In this document: positions 22,427 to 34,941 of the stretch, piece after piece | How the letters are laid out: every line of letters starts with the position of its first letter | Numbering within the stretch: the stretch's first letter is position 1 | Assembly: GCA_009602725.1 (NCBI GenBank) | Contig: WELB01000029.1 | Location: forward strand, 779,892 to 825,131 | Length of the DNA stretch: 45,240 nucleotides | Reading direction: 5' to 3' | Origin: Spirogloea muscicola | Taxonomy: Eukaryota | Made by a program: the position numbers and the translations under genes | Notes under the pieces: generated by a model | What the model was told of the DNA's origin: nothing | Databases searched by the model: none | The model's input: the letters and a program-made list of their open reading frames with translations, nothing else

Positions 22427-23442
22427 TCACCGGCGGCCTCCAGCCACGGACTTGTAGAGGCCGTAAGCGATAGCCAGTGCGAAGAAGGCGGCGACGGTGG
22501 GCGTGAAGTTGGGGTACACCGACTGCATTGCAAAGTTGTCGAGGTCCTCGGGGAGGAAGCCTGCGCGGCGCGGCGCGGCGGAGGTCTGACATCACGACTG
22601 CGGCGGCGATGGCAGCGGCGGCCTGCAGTCACAGGGCCCAGGCGGCAACGATAAAAAGATTCCTCACCGGAGGCGGCGAGGAAGAGGCCCTCGCCGAGGA
22701 TGACGGCGAAGAGCACGGCGAGGCCGCCGACGGCGGCGGTCTCCAGCCCGCGCTCGCGCTCGCCGCCCAGCGTCGTGGCGTCGATCGCCGGCCGCTCCGG
22801 CGCNNNNNNNNNNNNNNNNNNNNNNNNNNNNNNNNNNNNNNNNNNNNNNNNNNNNNNNNNNNNNNNNNNNNNNNNNNNNNNNNNNNNNNNNNNNNNNNNN
22901 NNNNNNNNNNNNNNNNNNNNNNNNNNNNNNNNNNNNNNNNNNNNNNNNNNNNNNNNNNNNNNNNNNNNNNNNNNNNNNNNNNNNNNNNNNNNNNNNNNNN
23001 NNNNNNNNNNNNNNNNNNNNNNNNNNNNNNNNNNNNNNNNNNNNNNNNNNNNNNNNNNNNNNNNNNNNNNNNNNNNNNNNNNNNNNNNNNNNNNNNNNNN
23101 NNNNNNNNNNNNNNNNNNNNNNNNNNNNNNNNNNNNNNNNNNNNNNNNNNNNNNNNNNNNNNNNNNNNNNNNNNNNNNNNNNNNNNNNNNNNNNNNNNNN
23201 NNNNNNNNNNNNNNNNNNNNNNNNNNNNNNNNNNNNNNNNNNNNNNNNNNNNNNNNNNNNNNNNNNNNNNNNNNNNNNNNNNNNNNNNNNNNNNNNNNNN
23301 NNNNNNNNNNNNNNNNNNNNNNNNNNNNNNNNNNNNNNNNNNNNNNNNNNNNNNNNGTCGGGCGCGCCGGCTGAGAGGCCTGCAGCAGCCCTGCCGCGGC
23401 AGCGCTCCTTGGGAGCGCCGCCGCCGCCGCCGCCGCCGCCAT
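22427..23442 (-). CDS. LPA2: LOW PSII ACCUMULATION 2 (thylakoid PSII assembly factor); middle lies in an N gap
   Basis: Exons ..22803-22668 and 22560-22427 give LETAAVGGLAVLFAVILGEGLFLAASG-FLPEDLDNFAMQSVYPNFTPTVAAFFALAIAYGLYK, matching LPA2 EG..LAASGFLPE..YPxFTP..YG..K. A transit-like [13 protein letters not shown] starts at 23442 beyond the gap (start uncertain). Confidence 0.8.
22804..23356. other. Assembly gap (N run)
   Basis: Run of N inside the LPA2 5' region. Confidence 1.
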
Positions 23443-23458
23443 TGCCGCCGTCGCCAGG

Positions 23459-23534
23459 ATGGCGCCGGTGGACCTCAACCTGCCGCCGGAGGAGCAGGAG
23501 GAGGGGCGGGGCCAGGCCAACGGCGGCGGCGTCT

Positions 23535-23565
<31 letters not shown>

Positions 23566-26500
23566 GGACGAGCCACTGTCGCCGCTGTCGTCGCCACGAC
23601 AGGCAGTGGAGTCCGCCAAGGACATCTACGCCCGGGTGAGGCGCCTCCGCCGAGGCCGCCGCCGCCCCCGCAGGCGATGGCGACGGCAACGGCGCTGGCA
23701 ATGTCCGCAGCGGCGCAGGCTGCGACAAACTCTTACGGCAGGCCCTCGGCGGCGCAGGAGCGGGAGGCCAGGATTGCCACCGCGCAGAAGCGCAAGCGGG
23801 AGGCGGAGGCCGCCGCCGCCGCCGCCGCCGCCGTAGGGGAGGGCAGGGTCGCCGACGCTGGCGCCCGCGCCTCTGGCCCAAGGGCAGCGGCCAACGGAGC
23901 TTCAACGCCGCCACTCGCCGAGCTGCCGCCGCCGCCGCCATCAGTCCGCCGCCGCCACGCCGGGCCCATCCCTGACGGTCAGTCATCTATGCACAATTGA
24001 AATCCATTTTGCCACATTATCACTGCCCTGAGCTGCAGAGCCTCTTTGCACTGTGGGCCGGTAGCAGTCCGCTAAGATTACCCAATTATAGCCTGGAATC
24101 CAGACTATTCTGTCATTAATTTTGGCCAATCCCTATTGAGCACCTATAGGAGCTACTATTGACAGTCATAATGGAGAAGGTTAGCCAACCGGCTGGCGAC
24201 GTACCGCAGGCTGGCTGGATTGCCCGCCCATGGGCGACCTCGTGTACGGCCTCGTGCCCTGCAAGGCGCCGCTCGGCGAGGCCTTCGCCGGCCTGGTCGA
24301 CCCGCCGCAGCGCTTCTCCCCGGAGCAGCTCCTCCGCCGCACCGAGAAGCGCTTTGGTCACAAGGTTGCGCCGCTGCCGCTCGCCGCCTCCGCTGGACGC
24401 GCCAAGAGCCCGACAAACTCTCAAAGTGGCATGGCCGAGTTCCAGCACCGTGATGCAGCTCTGCGGCCATCCATACGATGCAATTGTCATGCTCCTCGTC
24501 GCATAGTCAGCGGCAGGGGACGTTTCACCCCGTCACTCAGCCGCTGCCCTGGTGCATGGCAGTTCGGGCTTGTTGTGGACCTCACCAACACTCGGCGGTA
24601 CTACCACGAGAACGAGTTCCGGAGCAATGGCGTGCGCTATGTCAAGGCACGGCTCCTCCCGGTCCTCCAGGCCCATTGCCTGTGGTGTCTGCTGCCTTGG
24701 GCAGCCAGGTCGCCAAGTCTCCCGCTGCCAAGCGGCGGAGGCTGCGGTGGTCTTGGTGGCCGGCTGGTCACGGCTCTGGGGCACAAGCAAGGCTCCTGGC
24801 CTCGGGCAGGGTCATCGTCACGCTTTAGTATCTCTTGGTGCTCTCATTGACTGTCTCTATGGTGCTTATGGTCTATCAGGTGCCATGCCGCGGCCGCAAC
24901 GAGGTCCCGGACAACGAGACTGTCAACCAGTTTGTCTATGAGGTGGGTGGCTGCTTCAGAACACAGGTTTTGCCTGGGCCGGAAGCAATGAGCAGGCGAA
25001 CAGCTTCACTACATTAACGGCCTCCCTTTATCTCCGACTTTAGGACGTCTACGGCTACTCTGGGTCGTGCATGCTCTTAACCCTGTCCTTCAGGCACAGG
25101 GTTCCACGATTGTAAGATGGGTATGCTCGAGCAAATGGCAGTCCGCACAACATAGACGGTCACAAATTGTCAGCCAGTTCGTCTCCAGATGATGCTCCCC
25201 ATGCTTTCGCAGGTCATGCGCTTCAAGGGCCAGCAGGCGGCCAAGGACGGTGGTGGCAGTGCGCCGCTTGTGGTTGTGCACTGCACGCATGGCCACAATC
25301 GCACGGGCCTTATGATTGCCCACTACCTCATGCGCACGATGAGCATGCATGTTGCCAACGTGAGTCCTCCACTTGTGCCCCTGCGTGATGGTCCACATCT
25401 TGCTCTGCCGAGCTCCACATCTTGAGCTATGCTGCCACAGACTTGTCGTCAGCAGTAGTAAGGCTACGACTGCGCCTCTTGCAGAGGTGTGGGAAGTCCT
25501 TGCTTTGTATCTAACTTTGTGGTGCACGTGAACACTTCCCATTTTACTTGCTGGTGGTGAAGTAGCGGTTGCAACAAGTCAATATCTCTCAAGTCTTTGA
25601 ATGTCAATCTTAGCCTGTAACAGGCCATTAGTATCTTTGCGACGGCCCGTCCGCCTGGTATATATAAGGACGACTATATCCAGAGCATCTTCAAGTCCTA
25701 CCACGAGCGAAGGCCAGAAAGCCTGCACTGCCCGCCAGTTCCTGACTGGAAGCGGACCGAGGAGGACGATGAGGACGACGACAGCGACCGTGCAGCATCC
25801 CAATCTGTTCTAGTAGGCAGCTCATTAGAGGGATCTCACATCTAGATTCAGTGTCCTGCTTGAAATCCTGTAGCTGAATGATAACAACATCGCCTTGAGA
25901 TGCTGTTTAAGGTGCTTTTGGGCAGTTGAAAATATGTGAAGAAGTTAGTAAAAGGAGGTGATGTTTATTGAACTCCCCTGGATGGCAGGGTGCGAGCAGC
26001 GATGGCAAGGTGCCGGAGATGACGTCTGACGACGTGCTGGGGGATGCGATCCCTGCAGAGCAGCAGGCCGAGATGCAGTGGCTGGTCTACCAAGGTCTGG
26101 AGCTGGTACGAGAGAGGCGGAGGCATCTCATTGCAGCTTGAGACTGACCAAACGGACCTAGCATCTCCTGTGCCTCCGTCCTTGTTAGCTTGCCACTTGA
26201 CGAATCGGAAGATATGGTGCTGCTCAGGTTTCTAGAGCGACGCCACAACTTTACACACGAACGCTCACAGAAGTAGTCAATTGTGGTGATCAGCATGATG
26301 ACAAAGTTGTGACAGTAGCTTAGCAGAAGACAAGACTGTTAAAGTGCTACTTCACTGTGCAGCCTCTGCCAGGGAGGGGCCCGCTCACATTCCCGGGCTC
26401 ACAACCGGTGTCCCTGGACAAGTACATTGCAAACCCTGCCCTGAAGGCCTTGGTGTATGTCTGCTTAATCTTTGTCATCATTTTCTCATTATTATTTAAG

Positions 26501-29500
26501 ACTCTGTGTAATGTGCAATTTCCCATGCTTCTTACACTCATATTAGCCCTGGAATGTCCAGTCCAGGGCTGGGGTTTAGGAGAAGTGCCTGCAATTTGAT
26601 GATGTCGAGGCAGAATGATTCTGCAGAAAGAACCTCAAGCTCCTGCGGCAGCAGTACTATTACGTCACATGGAAGGCCGACGGCACACGCTACATGCTCT
26701 TCCTGACGCGTCACGGCTGCTACCTGCTTGATCGCAACTTCCGCTTCCGGCGCCTGCAGATGCGCTTCCCTGTATTCAGCTGCCCTCCTTTCTTTTACCA
26801 TTATAGGAATCAGGATCAGAGAAGCAGAAGGATTGGGTGATTGCCTTATGCGAGTCTTCTATGCGAGTCTGCTTCGACCTCAAATATCATAGACTTCCAT
26901 ACACTGCATAGTTAGTCACTATCAGTACAACATACTGCAGCTGGCCTGCCCGCTAAGTGGCACTTGGGTTTGGGTCCATCCAGTTGAGGTCCAGCAATCC
27001 TGGAGAGCTGGGCGGCGTCCACAATGGCACACTGCTGGACGGGGAGATGGTTATTGACGTGGACCGCAGCAGCGGCAAGAGGTTCCGCCGCTTCCTCGTC
27101 TACGATCTGATGGTGCTCAATCAGAGGAGTCTTGCCAAAGTCAGTGTACCTGCAGAGTGACTTCTTAACCCTCTGCTACATTGGGTTGCTCACAGTCCTT
27201 CACTTCAAGTGCACTCTTATGTGTGACACAGTCAGTGCTGGAGTTACACCTTTCTGGGCATGGCTGCCTGACAGTGGACATTCTCTCTGGCTTTGAACGT
27301 GAAGGAGAGGTTCAGTGACCGCTGGGCGATGATCCAGAAGGAGATCATCGATCCACGGGCGAGGGAGATGGCGAGCGGCAGCAAGAAGGTCTACATGTGG
27401 GAGGAGGAGATTATGAAGGTATACCCCGCTTCTCACTTGCTTCATGCTGCCGCTCCTACGACAGTACTTTTCAGCCGACCAACTGGGTTCTATACCAATG
27501 GTGCAGTTCTTATGTGCTTGCATCTCTTCGCAGTTGATACACATTTGTAGAGTCAGTTCATCATTCAGTAAGCTGGTCAACAGCTAGGCAGCACGTCTGA
27601 AAGGCTTTTGAGCCACTAGTCGATCAAATGGGAGGTGTGTTGTACACAATACAGCATCATGTCCACAGTGACTCAGCTGGCTTGCATGGCAGGTCCGGCG
27701 TAAGGACTTCTACGACATATCTGCTGTCGGAAAGCTGCTCAAGGACTTCATACCCAAGCTCTGCCACGAGTCTGATGGTCTGATTTTCCAGGTGTGACTG
27801 TCTTTGTCCAGGAACGAGATGCCATTTACATCACAAAGAATAGTAGTACAGCATTAGCTCCTATGCGAACCACTCAGACTCTTAAGCAGACTCCCAATGA
27901 AACTTCCCTTAAGCTCCCAAGCCTGACATGTTGCTAAATATGAAGATCAAGAATGATCTCTTGCACTTATATACGCCATCGCAGTTGATAAAGATACCAA
28001 TCAAATTACTTGATATGCCAATACATTTAATAAACTTACCACGTATGTTCAAACCACTCAGTACTTTGGTCAGGCCACACTTCAGGGTTGTATGCTGCTT
28101 GTGGTCTCTGCATTTTGATATTTAAATCGAAGGGTCTCCTGTCATGGTCTTACCCGTATGGCAGATAAGTACACGAACATTACGGTGACGCTCTGATCTT
28201 GACCAACTTTGTCAATCCGGCAGGGATGGGATGACCCCTATGTTGCGAGGACTCACGAGGGCCTGCTCAAGTGGAAGTATGCGCACATGAATTCTGTGGA
28301 CTTCTTGCTCAAGGTGGCGTTTCCTCAGCACTACCAAGAAAGATGATATGCAGGGCGATCTTATGCGTTGGACTCTACTATCAAAAGCTCCTGACTTGTT
28401 GGCCACGTCCTTGAGCAGGTCGGGCCATTCGGTGAGTGGCAGCTCTTTCTTGCCAATCGGAGCCAGCTGCAGCAGCTTGTTGGAGCTAAACTCAAATTCA
28501 CAGGTATGTGCATCTAACATCACGAACATCGAGTTTAGGCTACTTGTTGTGTAAGAGCGCTTATTTCTGGTCCTTCAGGTGTATCTGTTTGATCATGTCT
28601 GCGTGCTCTTCTTGGCACGGCTCTATTAGAGAGAACCCCTTTGGCCGGGCATGGCATGGTTTGCGTGATGACCTTGTTATGTGTGCTGTGAGAGGCGGGG
28701 AGTCTGCTCTGTAGTGCTCAGAGGACAGATGCTTTGAAGGACAATGAAGAATTAATGCAAGAGCACAAAAAGTAACTGCATTTCTGCATGAGTCTCGCAA
28801 TGTACTTGGCAGCTTGCTGAATTTGCCACTCGTGCCATGTGCTTCACAGAGGGCGTCGACACCAGCAAGCTGGTCGGCAAGGTCATCGAGTGTGCATGGA
28901 ACCCGGATGCTGGGCAGTGGGAGTACATGCGGCTCCGGCCAGACAAGGAGCACCCAAATGCATGGCACACATACGAGAAGGTGACTGAATCCTCCTGACG
29001 ACTGCCCTGCTGCCCAATCGTGAACAGTGACAAGAAGCTTCTGTCTAGCATGTTCAGATCCACCTTAGTGTTGGCGATGTTTGCCTTTAGCATGTGTCAG
29101 ATGGGTCTGTATCCTTCTGGCGGTTGTTGGTCACTTGGTCAGTTGGTCTTTCATGAACTTGCAGTAGGCCCAGGCTATAAATTGACCGCTTTGGCAAATC
29201 TTGACAAGGTAGCGAATTTGGGAAAGATTGTGAGGGAGTTGACAGACAACCTCCATAGCGAACTGCTGCCTCACCTCATCCTTAGGCTGCTGAACTGCAG
29301 TATTTGTGGGCTAGGTTATACCCTGCTTCATCAGTGAGTCCTCGCTTTATGGCATTAGAGCCTCAAGAACGTCATCTGCAGCTTCCGTACCTCGGCCAGT
29401 GCTCGGGATGACTTTGATCAAGTACTCACAAGGAGCATGGCTCAAGCCTTTCACCATGACTCTCTGCAACCTGACCCTCTTAGCCTTGCTAACATCTGCA

Positions 29501-29779
29501 TCCTGCACCCGCGCTAGTGAAGTCAGCAAAGGCAGATTGTCTTTGGAGCTTATACCTCGCTGAGAGAAACTCAGGCTGATCTGTGTGCAGTTGTATATGC
29601 TGGTGCAGGTTATGGGCAGCATACACGACAACATAACGGAGGACGTCCTACTGCCTGAGATTGGCACTGCCACCAAGCTGCCCATGTATGTGGAGAGGCT
29701 CAAGGCCAGGGAAGCGCAGGCCCAGGCACATTCGCACCCATCGAGGGCGCCAGCTTCTGTCAATCCCAGACCTCCTTAG
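23459..29779 (+). CDS. RNGTT: mRNA capping enzyme (RNA triphosphatase plus guanylyltransferase), about 17 exons
   Basis: MAPVDLN..VESA..AR-ERE N-terminus as in plant capping enzymes; GWLDCP, VDLTNT.RYY, phosphatase VHCTHGHNRTG, FPGSQPVSLD, motif I WKADGTRYM, TLLDGEMV, FLVYDLM, HESDGLIFQ, LLKWK, MRLRPDK..PN; stop 29777-29779. Confidence 0.95.
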
Positions 29780-30503
29780 GATGGACAACTGTGCATATGA
29801 TACTAGATCAAATTGGGATGCCGCAAGCTTGTCACAGCCGGTCGTCCTTTTGCTGCATAGGTTGTGACAACCCCTGTCAGGCTGACAAGGTTGGGAACCC
29901 TGTGGAAAGTGCCTTTAAGCAGTCTTTGCACTGCAGGATGAGCTTCTCTGAGTGCATACGAACGTGCTTACAGGCCCGATAACAGGCTGAAGTAACACAA
30001 CACTGCAGCCATTGGTGAATGCCTTCTTGTATTCAAACCTGCTGTTAGCTCTGAGCTGAACTTTGTGAGAGTCTCAAAGAATTGCAGACTCAAATGACAT
30101 CATTAGTGACAATAGCAGTCGGTACTCAGTTCCAGTATCAGGCGACATGGCCAATGAAGTACCGAGCTGGTCACGCATGGTCTGCCGCAGAAAAGCAGAG
30201 TGGGCTTGCCAGACCAGTACAGCAGGCACAGACACTGGTCCCTGTGGGACATGGAGCTGCCAAACTCCAAGATCAGCCAGGGCCTACGGCCCGAGGACTT
30301 GGAAGTGCGGCATGTCTCACGACCCACACTGACCTAATTCCTAGCACGTCATGATTGCACGTCAACGAGCCCAAGGAGCAGCTCAAGATTGGGGGAGAGC
30401 GCCACCGGCGCCTGCCCTTAAGGGAAGCAGCGGCAGAGGTAACAGAGACCATGTACAGTCAAGCAGGCTCGGCTCAGGAAATACGACTCTTTCTCGCACC
30501 CAT

Positions 30504-31279
30504 TTACGACGGGCTCCTTGAGTTGCCGGCCTTGGAGGACAGGATGATGCCAACGATAAGCCCGTACAGCGCGAGCGCCTCAGCAAAGATGAGAATGAGG
30601 ATCATGCCCACAAAGAGCTTGGGCTGCTGCGCATTGGCCCTGCACAATTGCACGAAATAAATGGATATCAATCAAGCAGAGGGCAATCATGCAGGCGGCT
30701 GCCCTTTGAGCGAATGCAAAGAGCGAGGCGCCCTGTATCTGAAGCCAGGTGATGCTGCCCACACCGACAGCGTCCTCTGCTGCCTGTGGGGCCATGAGCA
30801 GGCCAGCCACCGAGGCTAGACTTGCCAATGTCTTGAGCACAACATCCTCTGATTGACGACAGCGTCAGTCGCCGGGATTGTGTGCTGCCTCGAGAGGGCG
30901 TAGACGATCCGGCAGCAGTGGCCGAACTGCTTGTCTGCGATGACAGGCGGGCTGGCATCCAATCGAGAGAGCAAGGTCCACGGAGGCACGTACCGGACGC
31001 CCGCGTCGCCGACGATGCCGATGGCCATGCCGGCGGAGAGGCCGGCGAGGCCGCAGGAGAGGCCCGAGGACAGGTGGGCGTAGCCGTCGAAGAAGAAGTA
31101 GGGCTTGGCCGACGGGTTGATGCCGGTGGCGATGATGACGGCGATGATGAGGCCGTAGATGCCGAGCACGCCGGCCATGACCACCGGCACGATGGACTTC
31201 ATCACCAGCTCCGGCCGCATCACGCCCATGGACGCCACGCCCACGCCGCTCTTGGCCGTCCCGTACGCCGCGCCCATGC
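30504..31279 (-). CDS. VHA-c: V-type H+-ATPase 16 kDa proteolipid subunit c (first coding exon not found)
   Basis: Exons 31279-30994 and 30639-30504: [45 protein letters not shown]...[44 protein letters not shown]. Confidence 0.95.
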
Positions 31280-32275
31280 CTGCGCACCACGGCGCCAGGG
31301 CTGTAAGGACTTCGCCATGGCGGCGGCAGCATCACGGTGCCTCGATGCTGGCATACGCACGCAAAAGCAGCGGCAGCGACGACGAGGATGACGGCGGCGG
31401 CGGCGGCGGCGGCGGCCCGACAGTAGCAGAGGCAGCCGACGAGGCGGAGCTCGTCTTCGGCAGTGGCAAGGGGCTGGCGGCTCGCTTGATGTCCTGCTAT
31501 GTGAGTTGCGATCCGCGCGGCGGGGTCTGATAAGCGAGGCATGGACTCCGGCGGCCGCTGCGGCGGAGGCGGCGGCGGCGGCGGCGGCAGCGGCGAGGCT
31601 CACCTGTCCGACCTGATGGACATGGCGACGGCAACGGCGGCGGCGGATCTCGCGGCCCGCTCTCACGGCGGGTTTCGCGGCGGGGTTCGCGGCGGGTTTC
31701 GCGGCAGGTTTAGGGTTCTGCGGCGGCGGCGGGGCGAGGATGGCCGCCCTAAGCTCGCGGCCCTGGACCTAAAGCCCGACGTGAACGGAGACGTAAACGC
31801 TGACGGAGACGCAGCCGCAGACGTGGGCGGGGCCGCAGCCGGCCGCCAGGGCCTGAAGCGGGATGGGCCGCACGCCGCCAGCTTGACGGGGCGCCGTTTA
31901 CGATGACGGCTAAGGAAGTGAACGAGCTCATTGAGAACATGCCGCTCAGTCCACCTTCTTCTTTCTAAAATCGTCAAAACACCACCAGAAAACCGCCTTC
32001 CCGTCTCTCTCTCTTTCTTTGGCTTTGGACATTGTCCATCCTTTCTGGGCTGGCTTTGCCAGCGCCTCTTTTCTGTGGGCGAGCCCTTTCTGCTTCCGTG
32101 ACCATCTGCGACGCTTCGAATTACATGATCAAATAGAAATAACCCACCAGCATTCGGTAACAAACGGCAGAAGGGCCCGTCTGCCGGGGGCGAGGCTCGG
32201 CGGCCGGTGACGTGGCGGGCCAGGGAGAGGAGGGAGGGAGGGCCAGGGAGGAGGGAGGGAGGGGCGCCCAGGAAG

Positions 32276-32292
32276 CCCTAAACCCTAAACCC
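32276..32292 (+). promoter_or_regulatory. Telo-box-like element (AAACCCTA) upstream of a start codon
   Basis: ccctaaaccctaaaccc about 60 nt before ATG 32354. A mirror-oriented ggtttagggtt at 31707-31717 precedes the divergent minus-strand ATG at 31623. Confidence 0.55.
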
Positions 32293-32311
32293 CGCCTCCC
32301 TCGCGCCACCC

Positions 32312-32353
<42 letters not shown>

Positions 32354-32354
<1 letters not shown>

Positions 32355-32857
32355 TGTCGGCCCTGGCCCNNNNNNNNNNNNNNNNNNNNNNNNNNNNNNN
32401 NNNNNNNNNNNNNNNNNNNNNNNNNCACTGCTCCGCCAGCAGCGCCTCCGCCGCCGCTGTCGCTGAGCGGCGGCGCGCTGCGGCCGCCGTCGCCGCGCAG
32501 GGAGGCCCCGGACGTGTACTTCCTGCGGCGCCTGTCGCTGGGCGCGGCGCTGGCGCGGTACGGCGCGCTGGCCGCCGCGGGCGTCGGCGCCGGCATGCTG
32601 GTGGAGCAGTGGATCAAGAAGAAGGTTGCAGGTGCGCTCAAAGTGGCGTCATTCGTCGCCAGATAATTAGTCATTATGATGGTATTGCGGTGGAGGGGTT
32701 TTTGCTTGCTCAACCGGACGGGCCGCAGGCTCGCATCCGGCCCGGGATGCTGGCCTCACTCGCGCCTGCCTGTTGTCGAGCAGAGGATGGCGGCATGATC
32801 GTCTTGCTGCCCAAGAAGGCGCCAGACAGCGAGGAGGCTGTGCCGGACGAGAAGTGA
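32354..32857 (+). CDS. Small single-pass membrane protein of unknown function
   Basis: ATG 32354 after a (GGC)n run, then an N gap; exons 32501-32631 and 32784-32857 join in phase 1: EAPDVYFLRRLSLGAALARYGALAAAGVGAGMLVEQWIKKKVAE-DGGMIVLLPKKAPDSEEAVPDEK*. Confidence 0.7.
32370..32425. other. Assembly gap (N run)
   Basis: Run of N. Confidence 1.
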
Positions 32858-34941
32858 ACCCAGGAAGCCTCCTTCGTCGTCCTTGATTCGTCTAGGCAGG
32901 AAGCTCGTGCTCTGCAGTGCAAGCTTGCAAATGCACTCTGAAGGTGCGTAGAGCTCTCAAAGCTTCACTATTCCCAACCTACGATACTAGCGGGTTTGAG
33001 GTGACCAGTTCGCCACGTTGATCAAGCAAGAGCAAGAGATACCCAATTGTACTAGTACGACCGTAAAGAAAAGCATAAGCAACTATATGTTCATGTAGAG
33101 AAGCCCTCCTTTGTGCTTCCTGAGCTCAAGCAATCAAATGCCAATTTTCTGAGCAAGTTTAGCTACCTCTACGCTACAAAGTACAAGTGGAAGGTACTCA
33201 AGAGTATGACATGTGTCAAACTTGTGAATTTCTCCACAGAGGCAGGGGAGGCTACCAAGTGCTCGCTCTCGCTCTCACTAGGTGTTCATGTGGAGACTGG
33301 CGTCTTCATGCTCTGGGCAGGAGCCTTCAACCCTGACGCTCGTGCAGCCTAACCACGGCTTATTGAGATTGACAGAGGACGCATGGCACCTTCGAGAGAC
33401 ATGGAGCACACCTCTCTCGTTCGAAGCTTATAGATTGGCCTGCCAGGAGGTTGTCAGACGGGACGTGTTTTTGCACCAGTAGCACTGCATCTTGAGATTT
33501 TCGTAGCAGGTCTGAAGCTCAGGGCAGTCCTATGGATCTCTTCAGGGAGCACGCGTGGTAATCAGCAGCTCTGCTTGCTAGATGCCTTAGCCAGTAGGCG
33601 GTGAACTTGCAGACGAGGATGTTGGAGTTGCTTACTTCGCTGACCTGCTCAGGTTGCTAATACCGAGTCTGATGAGGCATGTGGACTGTGAAAGCTCACA
33701 CCACATTATGTATCAATTAATTCCAAGTGTATGAATATGTTCTGAATTCGAACCAAGCCTTGCCATTTGATGCCAATAGAGTTGTTGGAGTACCCCCCTT
33801 TACAACGGTACGACAAAATGGGTATGCCGCCCAGGAGAACAGACAAAACCCTACATTATTGAAGGGAATCTCTGCCGAGCGATATATTTCACTGGGTCTG
33901 AAGTTCAATATTGAACAGGCCTTCCCAACATTTCGGCCGCAGAAATGGCGCACTACACTGAGCAATTTCATACCATCTGTCAAGCCGAGGGACTTTGTTG
34001 CGAGTAGAATGCGATTGTCCTTGATGCAACTCTGGCAAACACATACCTGGTCAATGACGCTCCATTTGTCTAGAGCAATACCTTAGCAGTCATTCTCTTG
34101 CTCTTTAGGGTTCTGAAAGTTGAGACTAATGGCAGCCATTTCTTCAAGTTTGCAATATCGACACCAGTGATGGCCTCTGCCGGACAACATCGTGAGTGAA
34201 GCAAGCCAGTCTTAGTTGTGGAAGGTGGCAGCTGCGTGCACTTTGAACTGAATCAGCAACTCAGCTCTCCTTACTGCAGAAGCTGCTTTGATCATAGCTG
34301 CTGCTGACCAACCAAGTGTTGCCTGGAACAGCACAATAGCACTCTGAAGCCAATCACGACTTGTCCATCTCATGGTTCACATTGTTAACATCCTGGGCCC
34401 CCAGCCGAGATACTATGCATCTATTGAGGCCCTCTTACTCTGCAACCTCTTGCACCTCAGGTGCGCTGCTTCTAGCAGCGCTGCCGCTGCAGCATACTTC
34501 CTCATAGCTTCTTGAAAAGCTCATATCCATGACAAGTGCTGGTGAATACCACGCCCTCAAGGCCAGCACAACCAGTACTGCCTAACTGTCTCAGGTGTTC
34601 TGCTGTTTAGCAAACTGGAAAAATAAATTGCTGCACCTACTTCAACCGTGTGTTAGCAAGATGGGGCACTCTGCTGTGATGGCACCCGCATCTCCATATC
34701 TTTGAAGCCAGCTGCGCACCAGTCCCGCCTGACCAGGACAAGTCCTCAGTCACTTTCATTGAACCAAGCTTCGAAGGTGCATGTGAGTGTCTTTTGACAC
34801 ACAACCTGTGCAGTGGGCTACATCACCGCCGGCCGTGTCAGTTATAAATTTGTCAATGAGGGGCTTCCGACGGTGGAGGGAAGGTAGTTCCCGCAAGGGC
34901 TCGAGGCCCGCTGCAGCAGGCCTTGAGCGAAGGCGGCGAGG

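Noticed and set aside
22414..24000. Long ORFs spanning N runs (also 35198-36135)
   Set aside because: Their length is an artefact of translating Ns.
31340..31420. AAAVILVVAAAAFAC as the V-ATPase c first exon via a T|gcgtat donor
   Set aside because: It lacks the conserved PFFGF motif and needs a very poor GC donor; probably a chance reading of GCC repeats.
31541..31906. Plus-strand RGG-like ORF (GGFRGGVRGGFRG)
   Set aside because: The RGG pattern comes from ggcgggtttcgc and telo-box repeats in a divergent promoter/UTR region.
32900..34900. Short ORFs such as 33727-34086
   Set aside because: No recognisable motif or consistent exon chain; treated as UTR or intergenic.
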